From Octopus sinensis (taxonomy: Eukaryota), in assembly GCF_006345805.1 (NCBI RefSeq), contig NC_043007.1, positions 56,792,001-56,856,000 on the forward strand: a stretch of 64,000 nucleotides of DNA, given 5' to 3'. Each line of letters begins with the position of its first letter. Position 1 is the stretch's first letter. The translations under genes were made by a program, and so were the position numbers. Positions 11,451-25,056 of the stretch are shown here, one piece after another. Below the pieces are notes generated by a model that saw only the letters and a program-made list of their open reading frames with translations, did no database searches and was not told where the DNA came from.

Positions 11451-12400
11451 TGTCTAGCAACAGTGTAACAGTGTTTTCTTTCTTCACTATGCACAGTTTA
11501 CATTTTCAAACCCAATATCGCAGTACTGACGTTGACTTCTACATTTAACAAACCTGTTTCTGCTTCCTTTGTTGATAGATAGGGCCTGTCAATATTTATT
11601 TTAGGTACCCAACAAATATATGGTCCTGAGAACTTTATTATGTAGGATATGCTGCGAACTGGTACCAGAAGCTAAGTGTAGTACACAACTACAAACGATG
11701 ATAGCACTTTCAAACTAATGAATGCTTCCTTAATACAACTTTCCTGCCAATTATATAAAGAAGACGGGAAATGGTGTATCATTATCCTAACAGTTAAACG
11801 GCCAAACGTATCTCATGGCAATTCAGTTTCTGACGGTCACACATGAGAATAGAAAAAGGTTTCCAGAATTTTCGGATTGACTCAGCTGCTTTCTCCTCCC
11901 TGTCTACTCGTGGTCTTGTTAAGTAGTGGCAACAAACTAAAACTGACATCAACAACATAAACTCTGGGTGGTCTCCTTGAAAATGATTTTATTTCTTTAT
12001 TCCACAACTCAGCAGCGTTGTCTGCTTTCTCATCTCCACATTTGACAATGAAGAGAGAGAAGCTATTAATATAATGAAAGCTAGCATGAGTCCCTAACCT
12101 CGATTTAGCATTTGTATCTAGTCTCATTCTTGCTTCAATCCCGAAAGTTATAAAGAATCAGGGTGGAAGTGATTTCTTACTTAGAGGAAAGAATCAAGAT
12201 TTTGCTCTCTTAAAAAGTAACAATTTCATTGACATACATACATACATACATACATATGTATACATGCATACATACATACATGCATACATACATATGTATA
12301 CATACATACATACATACATACATACATACATACATACATGCATACATACATACACATACATACATACATACATACATACATACATACATACATACATACA

Positions 12401-13030
12401 TTATGGTAGAAGCCATAGCCACTCATAACAAAAAAGGAGTACTGGTACAATGTCCCAGTGAAAACCTCAATAAAATGTAAACATAAGAGAACTGACATAC
12501 TAATATTAGAAAGAGAAGAGAAATTGTGTACAGTTTTAGAAATGGGCTGATGTTAACATTAAGCTAAAGATTAGCGAAAATCGAAACACCTGAGCTGAAC
12601 TATTGAGGAATATACAGCTACTCTACCCAGATTACAAGTTCAGGTTTATACCTGTGATTATAGGGGCACTGGGATATGTAACACACTGTCTAAATACCAA
12701 TGTTGGGAAATTAAGCTTCTCAAAACCAGGAAGGAGAAAGCTGATTCGAAGACTACATATCAAAGTCATCACTGTGACTAAAAATTCTGTAAAACTTTCC
12801 AGAAGTTAATCATTTAAGTATATATGAGCATGTCTAGATATGCAAGTATATGTATGAGAAGACATACATAAAACAAGATATACAAATCTGCACATATTCA
12901 TAAACACACACATGCATACAAATATACCCAATCGTTGATGTTGAAATTCCAATGAAGGAACCTTTGATCTAAGTTAGAAACCGGCTCTTTCACTATTGGC
13001 AGGAAATCTTAAAATAAAACTGAATAATCA
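12401..13030 (+). mobile_element. R4/Dong-like RLE 3' fragment after (CATA)n
   Basis: LLYPDYKFRFIPVIIGALGYVTHCL; same 3' UTR and end as 4410-5008. Confidence 0.85.
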
Positions 13031-13099
13031 CATATATATACATTCCATACATGTACACATGCATTTATATCATAAGCGTGCACTGACAGACAGGCAGGC

Positions 13100-13142
<43 letters not shown>

Positions 13143-13263
13143 GATAGATAGATAGATAGATAGATAGATCGATAGATAGATAGATAGATAGATAGATTTT
13201 GGGAGTTACAAATGTCAAGCAAATGTTATAGTCTGAGACGGTGTGTTGAAACTGACGGAATTA

Positions 13264-14484
13264 TCAGGCTGAGTAAAAAGTAAGCAACGTTTTGAAACAC
13301 GAACTTCATCACAATACATTTCAACAATGCGGGAATTTTATTCATCAATGTAAGCACCTTTAGAATCAATACATTTTTGCCAACGAATTACAAGTTTGTT
13401 TATTCCGGTAACATAAGAATCTGGAGTTCTGGAGTTGATGAACTCTTTGAACGCACTTTCAGAATCGGATTGATTTTTGAACTCCTTCTATCGCAGGAAA
13501 CCATCAAGGTGCTTGAAAGAGTGGGAGTCAGTAGGAAAAAGGTCTGGGGAATGTGGTGGGTGGGAACGAACTTTGTAGCTAAGTTCCCTCAACTTCTGGA
13601 GTGTTATTAGTTAAACGTGTGGTCGAGCATTGTCATGAAGAATGATTGACCTTCTTCTGTTGACCAGTCTGGGATGGAGGAGTAGCAATTTCATGGCAAT
13701 GTTCCTGCCGTAATGGTTTTTCCAGGTTTAAGAAGTTATAGTGGATGAGTCCAGCAGTACACCATCAAACACTCACCATAACTTTCTTTTTGAAGAGCTC
13801 GGGTTTAGAGAAGGTTTTCGGTACTTCATTTTGGTCCAACCACTGCGAAGAACATTTTTTGTTATTGTACAGAATCCACTTTTCATCGCAAGTTACAATA
13901 CGGTCGAGAAATGGATCGGTCTGGTTACAGAGAAGAAGCAACGAGCACATTTCATACCCGCGCATATTTTTTTTATTTTCATTCAAATCGTATGGTACCC
14001 ATTTATCGAGCTGTTTTTATTTTTAGATCGCATGCAAATGGTTGCAGGCAGTATTCTGGCTAACTTGAAGTTCTTTTGCCAGTTCTCAAGTGGTTTTACA
14101 TGGATCTTTCTCAATGACGGTCTTTAATTGACCGTCATCGATGGTAGATGCGCATCCACTAAGTTCACGGTCTTCAAACTCAGGTTTCCTCTGTGAAATC
14201 GTTCAAACTATTTTCGATTTGACCACTCACTGATAATTTCCTCACCAAATGTTTCGTTGATATTGCGAGCAGTTTCAGCTGCTTTACGTTCTTTTTTTAA
14301 GTTGAATTGCTCGAATATCCAGAAAAAAATATCAATGTTAATTTATTGATTCATTTGGGCAAGTCTATGTCTATATTATCAGACAATTGCAAAATTAAAA
14401 TGTTTATAAAATTTCAAAACTCTGCAAAAATCCAGTACAAATTCTCCATGGCTCAAAACGTTGTTTACTTTTTACTCAACCTGT
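13264..14484 (-). mobile_element. Near full-length decayed mariner transposon
   Basis: TIRs tcaggctgagtaaaaagtaagcaacgttttga / tcaaaacgttgtttactttttactcaacctgt with TA flanks; FLDRIVTCDEKW, HDNARPH, SPDL-like motifs. Confidence 0.93.
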
Positions 14485-16089
14485 TACATCGAGGAAGAGC
14501 CATTCAAACCATTTAGGAACACACACACAAAAATCTGTTAAATTGACTTTACGTTTATTTTTTGAGATGTCACAATCACAATTCCTTAGTATCTTTGTTA
14601 AATTATGTCAGTTATAATCAGGTCGCGGAAATGCGACGAACATTTTGACACATTGACAAATAAGCAAAAAATGAATATAACAGTTTTTGTATGCTTTTTA
14701 ATCGCTCTTAAATATGTGTATGGTGGTGATGGTGATGATGGTGGTCGTCGTCGTTGTCGTAGTGGTGGATTTCCATCGTTTGGCGATGAGGGTTCAAACG
14801 GAGTTATCTGCTCCTGAATCACCATGTAAGTGGCTGAGCATTCCATAAACAAGTGTTCACTTAAAGTAATTGTCGGGCAGAATCAGCCAGCCACAGTTTT
14901 TAATGTTTGAATGACTATTTCAATCCACCCGACAGATTTCTATACAGTTCCCGTTAAATAGAAACACACACACACGTACGCATTCACGCATGCTTACACA
15001 CATATTAAACTCAGTGGAAAATGTTCAAAATATGATCATAAATTGCTCAGACCCCGCTATAAAGGTAATTAACACACTATATAATGACAATTCGTGTACC
15101 AATACCTCACAGTGCTTTCTTGACAAAATCATTAGACAATATTAGTTTTGTACATTCTCTCGCATCCACTTTTATATCAGTCAGGCTGCTGCGTAACAAC
15201 AGAATTTGCTAGACATTGCTTTTCAACCCCAGAAACGAAAACAGGAACAAATATGTTTGTTGTAGAAGAACACGTATATCCTTAATGTAATTCTCGGGCA
15301 GAATAATCATAACACAGTATTTGAAGACTATGCCGCTTATCCTTTTCATATGGTGTGCCAGAAATTCAATTTTGTAAACTTTGCATTTAGCTATGGATGG
15401 GGCTTGTTTACTTTTTAATTATTTGTAGAGTACTTTGAATTGATTATACTTCATGTAGGCAAGTTAACATGTACTAGTGGAGCCATCGACAAACTTTGCC
15501 AGGATAACTTAAAGCCTGATGTTATCAACTTAGCCTTATACTGACGATTTACTAACCATTTCAAATGTATGAAATATCGTTAATAAGACTGGTGCGCAAG
15601 CACCTTAAGTACTAGCAAAATTCTAACCGGTGTAGTTTCATCCATCTCTATGTTTTACAGGAATGAGATTGTATAGTGCCACTGCAAAACTCCAATTTCA
15701 TTTAACATCACTGGTGAAGGAGTTTGAAATAACAAAAGCTAGTTGTCACATGATGCAATGGGATTTGATGAATCGCATTTGTTTTAGCTGCTCAGCTGAC
15801 AGGAAGGAAATTTGATATCAGAAAAGCTGGTTATATGACAGACCACAGTGGAAATGAAAGATGAAATAAGTGCAGTGTAGAACACACAGATTGGACAGGA
15901 ACGGACAATGGATAAGTGATTGACCTCCTATCAATGTGAGATATTGTAAATAAAAATTCGTCATATTAAAAGGGAGACGCACGCAATTAAATCAGATGGG
16001 TTAGGAAGTCAATGTGCACGGTCGGGATAGGAGGCAACTGAATAAAGGAAAATATTGTGGAGTGTATGTGTGCACACATACATATAACT

Positions 16090-16406
16090 GCCACTCCGTT
16101 GATTACGACGAGAAGGGTTCCAGTTGATTTGATCAACGAAACAGCCTGCTCGGGAAATTAACGTGAAAGTGAATGGAACACTCCGCAGTCACGTGTACCC
16201 ATAACGTAGTTCTCAGGGAGATTCAGCGTGACACAGAATATAACGAAGCTGGCTCTTTGAAATACAGGTACTACTCATTTTCGCCAGTTGAGTGGACTGA
16301 AGAAACATAAGATAAAGTGTCTTGCTCATGGAACACGCTGCCAGGAATCGAACTCACGACCTTATGACCGTAAACCAAAGACCCTAACCACTAAGCCACG
16401 CGCCTT
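16090..16406 (-). mobile_element. tRNA-derived CORE-like SINE, family C (partial relatives at ~14780-14900, ~15250-15330, ~53160-53330)
   Basis: Minus head aaggcgcgtggcttagtggttaggg..gagttcgattcctgg (A and B boxes) followed by gagcaagacacttta. Confidence 0.8.
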
Positions 16407-16431
16407 CATACACATATATACGTGGGTGTGT

Positions 16432-16497
<66 letters not shown>

Positions 16498-17118
16498 TGG
16501 ACGTGCTTGTGCATCCGAATGTGTGAATGAATAGATCTCATACATTCGACTTGTCATCCTGATGAGATGATAATACCTGGATGTGGCACGAGTGGAGTGA
16601 TAATCAAAGCTAACAGTTTGTTGATGCAGTGCAATTATCAACCATCAACTCGGTGCCATCCCTCCCCACACCTATACTCACACACTACATCTGATTCCTA
16701 AAGATTGTTTCACTTGTAAAATTATTGTAGAGTTGTTACTATGTATAGCTATTTTGTAAATGTTAATGTACACACACGCACACACGCATACATACATACA
16801 TACATACATACATACATACATACATACATACATACATACATACATACATACATACATACATACATACACACATACATACATACATACATACATACATACA
16901 ATCGAGTATGTACCTTTACCTTTACAATTTTGGGAAATCCTTGTCTCTTGAGATGATCTTCTCCTTCTTAAATGAAGATTGTCTTAATTGCCATGTAGTA
17001 ATTAGGATACATCCTCTAGAATTTATGTTGTAGGGTATTTGATATGCTTGTATTTCTCTCTCTTTTTCTCTCTCTCTTTTTTTCTCTCTCTCTTTTTCTC
17101 CCTATGTATGTATATATG

Positions 17119-17183
<65 letters not shown>

Positions 17184-17429
17184 TATATACACACGCACAC
17201 ACATGCACCAATACACTCTGTTTACATTAGTTTCCTTGCTTTATTCATTAGTTTATTTGGATGGTGAGTGGTTTGGTTTTTCCATTCCTTCATTTTTATT
17301 TTGTCTACAATTTTCATTGGTGTTATTTTTAAAACCGGGATTTCATTTCTTTCTTTTTTTTTTAATTCAAGGTTTGCTTATTGATTCATTTTTTTAAGCG
17401 TAGCTGTAAGAAAGGAAGGACTAAAAGGA

Positions 17430-18030
<601 letters not shown>

Positions 18031-18388
18031 TGACAGAATGATGGACGGGGAGAGAGAGAAAGAGAGAAAGAAATGGAGGGAGGGAGCCGGTGAGAAAGAA
18101 AGGAAATGAGAAAATACAAATGGAGGTAGGCGGGGGAGTCCTGTGAACGTCAAAAGCTACAAATTAGCACCGAAATTGTTAGTCAAAGGAAAGTGGCGAA
18201 ACTGCCTTCTCTGAGGCCGAGCGCACTGACAGACAGACAGGCAGACAGAAAGACAACTTCACTGAGTGACTGGCGATCTGATTATTTCAATGCTAAGTTT
18301 TGAACCCAATGACACAGGAGCAATTATGGGTAATGTCTTTACAAACACCATCACCACCCTCTGCAACATGAAACATACATACACACAA

Positions 18389-18483
<95 letters not shown>

Positions 18484-18558
18484 ATTTATATATATATATG
18501 CCTATATATATATGTATATATGTATGCATATATACATATATGTGTATATATATATATA

Positions 18559-19650
18559 TGGTCATCCCATAAATATTGCAGTTATTTTCAATTGCATGAA
18601 CTAAAAGTCGGAGGGGGACGGGATAAACTACCTGCATGAACTTGCTATAAAAGCAGGTAGTAATTTTACCTTGTACTTATTCTTAGTGCAAGTTTTGAAG
18701 AGTGCAGTTCGATTTTAACAGTTTTTCTTTCAGAGCTATAATGGAATTGACAAAGGAGCATATTCGGCATATTTTGCTTTTTGAGTTCAATAAGGCAACA
18801 ACACGACGGAAAAGGCGAGGGATATTAATGCAGTATATGGGGATCGGACAATAAGCATAAGCCAGTGTTAACGGTAGTTCCAGAAATTCCGAGCCGGAAA
18901 TTACAGCCTAGAAGACGAGCCTTACCCTGGATGATCTGTAGAGCTCGACGAGGACATCCTGTAAACTCTAGTGGAACAATATCCCTTGTAATTGTTGAGG
19001 AACTAACAGAGATCTTGGATTTGGTTATTCAACTATTCATCGACACCTGCATGCAATCGGAAAAGTCAGCAAATTGGGTCAAATTGGGTTCTTCACAAAC
19101 TTTCCTAGTCTAATCGTGCGCAGAGAGTGAATGTGTGCTCTTCTTTGATGCCAAGTCTCACCAATGAAACTTTTCTTTTAGACCGAATAGTGATTGATGG
19201 CGCGAAATAGGTTCACTATAAAAATATCAAATACCGAAGACAGTGGGTAGGAAAAGGAGAAACACCGGCATCTTCACCCACGTAAGGTGTTGTTATCTGT
19301 TTTGTAGGATATGAAATGTTTAGTCCACTTTGAACTTTTAAACCCAAGCCAAACGATAACAAAGGAGATCTACTGCAAGCAGCTTGAGCGGCTTAAGTTA
19401 GCGCTAGAAGAAAAGCGACCGCCTTTGATTTCAAGACGAAAGGTGTTTTTCCATCAGAATAATGATCGGCCACATACAGCGAGTATGACATTCCAAAAGC
19501 TGGATCAGTTTCAATGGAAAATGATGCTCGACCCACCATATTCGCCGGACATTGCCCCATCTGAGTATCATTTATTCCGCAGTCTTCAAAATCATTTTGA
19601 CGGAAAAAATATGAATTCTATGGACGAGGTCAGAACAGTACTGGAGGAGA
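18559..19650 (+). mobile_element. Decayed mariner lacking its 3' TIR
   Basis: Likely left TIR tggtcatcccataaatattgc after (TA)n; MELTKEHIRHILLFEFNK at 18741; PPYSPDIAPSEYHLFRSLQN; truncated at the Tx1 junction. Confidence 0.9.
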
Positions 19651-20437
19651 TGAAAATCAGTTGATCAACGTGTTCAGGAGAACGTTCGGGCCGGGTATCT
19701 GGATATCAGAAAGCCCTGGTATGGCAGTGCTTCCGTGTGGCATTACCGGTTCGGGATAAGCTATCGAGGCACTGTAGTGCCGTCTCTCCGGCATACCCGA
19801 GATAAAAGCAGGACAAGGAAACAGTCTTGCACGTATTCGTGGAGTGTCAGGAATTATCGGGGCTGATAGCTTTTGTCGAACAACTGTTGTCAGTAATAGG
19901 AAGAGTACAGCTATCAGCGGAGTCCATCATTGATATTGTACTGCCTCCTTCCTTGGACAGGGAAAGGAGGGCTTGTTTCTCCTGCGTAGTAGCCATACTG
20001 AAAGAAACATAGAAGACGCGTGTAAGAGGAATAGTGACAGGACAGGTACCTTTGTCTCCGGCCAGGGGTTAGTAAACTTTTTTAGTTACTACCTTATAAG
20101 TAAGACCAGGCTGGAGGGGCGGTGCCTGTCGCTGACTACATTCGTGAAGAGATGGAAGTCTGTGGAAAGCAAGTTGAGAGTGATCGACACCAGGTAAGTG
20201 GGGCCAGTGGTAACAAGCAAAGGTTCTACCCAGATGGCTGGATACCTTTCCTTTCGTTGTAAATTATTGTATATCGCAATTTTATTCATTTATATTTTTA
20301 ATTGCGTGTCACTTTCTGTTATCATTTTCCATTCGGACGGTAATTTTTAATTCTAAGCAACTTCTTCACCTTTTGTGTTTTGTCTGTCTTTGTTCGTCCC
20401 ATCTTTGTACGGCCCTTGTGGCCAATTTAAAGAAATA
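19651..20437 (+). mobile_element. 3' fragment of a Tx1-like LINE, same family group as 1-2879
   Basis: HVFVECQELSGLIAFVEQLLSVIGRVQLSAESIIDIVLPPSL; 3' UTR alignable with 2650-2879. Confidence 0.88.
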
Positions 20438-20655
20438 AAGAAGCTTACTTCCCAACCGAATGGTGCTGGATTCAGTCCCTCAGCATGGCACGTTGGGCGA
20501 GTGTCTTCTACTATAGCCTCGGGCAGACAAAAGCCTTGTAAGAGGTTTTGGTGGATGGAAACTGAAAGAAACCTGTTAACAATTATTGTTTGTGCGCGCG
20601 TGTGTGTGTGTGTGTATGTGTGTGTGTGTGTGTGTGTGCGTGTGCGTGTGCGTGA
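20438..20655 (+). mobile_element. SINE family A, missing the same 5' bases as the copy at 2880
   Basis: aagaagcttacttcccaaccgaatgg..ttgggcgagtgtcttctactatagcctcggg. Confidence 0.85.
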
Positions 20656-20851
20656 TGATTTTAGCCAGTTGACTGCGGCCACGCTGGGTTACACCCTAGA
20701 ATCAGTCAAATCACTATTTATATGTTTCAATGTCTGGTACTTATTCAATCGTTCGTTTTTTCACTATAGCATTGTTACAGAGACGTAAACACAGACATGC
20801 GCACGCGCGTGCTCACACACGCATAGATACATACATACATACATACATACA

Positions 20852-20885
<34 letters not shown>

Positions 20886-21037
20886 CATACGTACGTACAT
20901 ACATACATACATACATACATACATACATGCATACGTACATACATACATACATACATACATACATACGTACGTACACACACATACATGCATACCTACATGC
21001 ATACATACATACATACATACATACATACATACATACA

Positions 21038-21071
<34 letters not shown>

Positions 21072-21158
21072 CATACATACATACATACATACATACATAC
21101 ATACATACATACATACGTACGTACGTACGTACATACATACATACATACATACATACAT

Positions 21159-21980
21159 AATGGCTGCCCCCTCGTTATCGAGTATGGCCATTGCACGAAG
21201 CTTAACTGTTATTGGTGCTGTGATCGAATGTGACTTTTTAGCCCAGCTAAAGATCTACAATGTCTTGTACAGAATTGGCATCTAAAACCTTTACTGGTAA
21301 TAGCCAGCTGTAGTTGTAACTGGGCTTCATGTACCTTTGCATGTCGTTTAAGTCCTCCTGCCGAATTACACTCTCTTCCACATGCCCGACAGATATGATT
21401 AGTATGGTGTGTTACACCACCACCAGTGGCCAGGTTGTCACTTATTTGTCTCGTTTTATGACTACGAAGATGACTCATGAGTCCAGCTTTACTGAGGCAG
21501 GGTCTTGCACAGACATTGCATGTCCGAATCAAAGGAAGACCCTTCCCTTCTGGAAGTGTAACAGCGATGCCCTCCCTGACATCCCTCCTTACTTTCTCAT
21601 GTGCAACTCGAGATTTCTCAAACGTGGCTGTCCCCTCCAGCACAATCCTTCTCCACTTGCTACGATCAATAGCTATGCCTTCCCATGTGTCAGGAGAGAT
21701 GCAAGCATCTTTTAAGGAAGCCTTCAGCAAGTTCTTATACCTCTTTTTTGGTTTATGTGGAGGTCGTTCTCCTTTAGCTAACTCTCCATAAAAGAGTTGT
21801 TTTGGCATCCTTGAATCCTTCATTCTGACCACATAACCACTCCAACTGAGCCTTTGCTTTAACACCAGAGTTTCTATTCTTTCATACCGAGAGCCTTCGA
21901 GTATTTCAAGATCACTGATGCAGTCCTTCCATTTAATGCTATAGATCCGTCTGAGGCACATCTGATGGAAACGTTCCATT
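21159..21980 (-). mobile_element. 5'-truncated RTE-clade LINE with three C-terminal C2H2 zinc fingers
   Basis: ERFHQMCLRRI..W..RLSWSGYVVRMKDSRMPKQLFYGEL..DRSKWR; CNVC..H..H, CRAC..H..H, CQFC..H..H; tail catactcgataacgagggggcagcca(t)tatgtatg. Confidence 0.92.
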
Positions 21981-22186
21981 TCCGGTCGGCTTCCGATCAA
22001 CATGTGCTTTTTTAAGCTCCTAGAAAATCGCCAAGAAATTTCTAAATAGCTGCGAGGGCTATTATAAATAAAACTCAAAAAAGCCTTGAATGTCTTGAAT
22101 GTCTTCCTGAATGATTGCACGATAACAACATTGATTAAGCTTCGTGCAATGGCCATACTCGATAACGAGGAGGCAGCCACCATGAA
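21981..22186 (+). mobile_element. Short element ending in the same RTE 3' tail, opposite orientation
   Basis: 22135-22180 ttaagcttcgtgcaatggccatactcgataacgaggaggcagcca is a near-perfect inverted copy of 21161-21206. Confidence 0.75.
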
Positions 22187-22194
22187 TGTATGTA

Positions 22195-22520
22195 AGTCTT
22201 TATTCAGTTTTATTTCAAGATTTCTTATTAATGGAGAAGAAGCCAATTTTTAACATAGATCTAAGACTCCTTCATTGGAATGTCAACATCAACAGGGTAT
22301 TTTTTCATGAATGTATGTATATGTGCAGCGTTTGGAGTCAGTGCGTGTACATATTTGTGTTTTGTTTTTATGTATGTATCTTCATGCTATAGTTACATGA
22401 CTAGATATGCACATATATATTTGAATGATAAACGTCTGGAAAGTTTTACAGATTTTTACTTCCTGTGTTGTCTTGGATCAATATTTTTTAAATCAGCTTT
22501 CTCCTCTCTGGTTTTGAAAA
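22195..22520 (-). mobile_element. R4/Dong-like RLE 3' fragment
   Basis: Reverse complement matches 4675-5008; (TATG)n at the 5' side. Confidence 0.8.
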
Positions 22521-22547
22521 GCCTAATTTCTAAAGATTGGTACTTAG

Positions 22548-22582
<35 letters not shown>

Positions 22583-23270
22583 TGTATGTATGTATGTATG
22601 TATGTATGTATGTATGTATGTGCGTGTGTATGTATGTATGTATGTATGTATGTATGAGCGTGTGTATGTATGTATGTATGTATGTATGTATGTATGCATG
22701 TATGTATGGATGGATGCATGTATGTATGTATGTTTGTATGTATGTACCTAAGATGGGCGTGCGCGCGTGTATGTGTATTCTTTGTGCTGTAAACCTCCTC
22801 TAAGTCCCCCTTACTGGGTGTTCCACTTCGTTAAAAATCAAAGTACAAATTATACCGACTACCAAACAAATGCTGGTGTAAATGGAATTGGTCATTCGAT
22901 GATAGATAACTCTTATTTATCAAGTCAACCAGTTAAGTTTATCTCACTAGCGTGTGGAATAGATGACTGAAGCTTTATCTTTTAAGCAAACATAAATAGA
23001 TGCAAACACACACGCAAATGGACAGATACACTTTTAAACATATTTATAAACATGTTTCATACACACACACACATATATACATAAATGCATACATATAGAC
23101 ACAACAGAAATTCATACTCAGTCATATACACATACACTTACACAAGCACACGCATACACATACATGAGTATATATACATACATACTTACACATGCATAAA
23201 ACACACACTTACGCACACATACAGGCACACACCCATACACACTTGGAAATATGTATATATGCATATATGT

Positions 23271-23313
<43 letters not shown>

Positions 23314-23339
23314 CACACACATACATATATGTATGTATG

Positions 23340-23558
23340 TATTCTTTTATTCTTTTACTTCTTTCAGTCATTTGACTGCGGCCATACTGGAGCACCGTCT
23401 TTAGTCGAAGAAATCTACCCCAGAACTTATTTTTTTGTAACCCTAGTACTTACTCTATCGCTTCTTTTGCCGAACCACAAGTCGCGGAGATGTAACCATA
23501 CCAACATCAGTTGCCAAACGGTGGTGGGGGGGACAAACATAGACACACACACAAACAT

Positions 23559-23591
<33 letters not shown>

Positions 23592-23735
23592 ACGGGCTTC
23601 TTTCAGTTTCCGTCAGCCAAATCCACTCACAAGGCTTTGGTCGGCCCGAGGCTATAGCAGAAGACACTTGCCCAAGGTGTCACACAGTGGGACTGAACCC
23701 CGAACCATGTGGTTGCGAAACAAGCTTCTTATCAC
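23340..23735 (-). mobile_element. SINE family A
   Basis: Reverse complement of the head, body, internal (TA)n and tail ctccagtatggccgcagtcaaatgactgaaa. Confidence 0.88.
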
Positions 23736-23746
23736 GTAGCTGCACA

Positions 23747-23777
<31 letters not shown>

Positions 23778-23910
23778 GCACACACACACACAGACAAATT
23801 GAAGAACAAACAGAAAGAATAGAAATACGGAAAAACAACAAAAGTGAGTTGGACGTACAAAGTGAAGACTGATGCACGGTGAAAGTTTTTGTGGGAAGAA
23901 GGAGTAAAAA

Positions 23911-23942
23911 TATAACGTTTCGAGTATGGCTCTTCATCACTT
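23911..23942 (-). ncRNA. Minimal hammerhead-like motif (Penelope pLTR type), core GUGAUGA
   Basis: gTGATGAagagccatactcGAAAcgtta; same layout as 52876-52918. Confidence 0.55.
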
Positions 23943-24132
23943 TTGGAAGACATGATGCCATGGAACTGTCTGAGATAAACTCTTCATAGGCTTGTGTAAA
24001 AAAGCACAACATATTTTGAGAAGAGCATCATCCCTACAGTGACATCACGGGAACTATAGATGCGTTTTGCTTTTCTTGAGATTTTTCAAGGCTTTACAAT
24101 TGATTCTCACCAGCTTAAACGAAATTTGGGCC

Positions 24133-24172
<40 letters not shown>

Positions 24173-25002
24173 TGTAGATAATAATTCAATGGTCTTGAAG
24201 AAGCATACTAGAAGCTTGCCGAGTTTTTCATCGTCCAGAAAGATTCCGCAATACCAGTACAACGGTTTCCTATATGTATCGAGGTGCAAATTTCCTGTAA
24301 GCGGGAGACGATAAAATGCAATACATTGACAAGCCTCAACAACGACAAAACGCGTCAGTCTTTCGCAGCAGTGACGATGAGTGCCTGACTAACGCAACAG
24401 ACCTTTGAAGATATTTTATCTCAGACCATTCCATAGCTTTTCACTGCTAACGATATGTATGCATTAAATATGATACATTGATTGCGACTTTTATTTAATG
24501 CCGTTTCAGTTACGTATACCAAATGCAGATATACATACATACATACATACATGCATGCATACATATAAACAGACAGACAGACAAACTTATTGATAGATGA
24601 TAGATATGGCTATAGTTATACATGTAGATATACCTGGGTATACATACATGCATACATACGTGCGTACGTACATACATATATAGATGTACATACATAGAAG
24701 AACAGAATGAAATAAGCAGAGCAAGAGCACACTCGAAGACGAAAAGTGTCGCTGAGGAGGTCACAGATGAGTGACGAAAGATTTCCGGACAATGGACGTG
24801 AGTTAGAACAAGAACAGTAATAAACGAGTGAAGAACGAATATGTAGTGGTGTATTTATTTGGAAAAAAAAAACGACCATGCCGAAATGCAACAATATCTG
24901 TTTCAGCACACGACTTCACATCTTTCAACACATTTTCATAAACGTAACGTATATATAAAGATTTCGCGTAAGCACAGTGATTATAACAACCTGGTGTTAG
25001 AG

Positions 25003-25056
<54 letters not shown>

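Noticed and set aside
11882-12127. 81-aa non-repetitive ORF in unique-looking sequence
   Set aside because: No recognisable motif or splice context; insufficient support.
21209-22246. 345-aa ORF as a host C2H2 zinc-finger gene
   Set aside because: The C-terminal ~255 aa are RTE ORF2 with an RTE tail; the N-terminal part reads through antisense repeat sequence.
24755-24790. Hammerhead-like cagatgagtgacgaaa
   Set aside because: Core mutated and no convincing stems I/III; better explained as a chance gtcac/gtgac hairpin.
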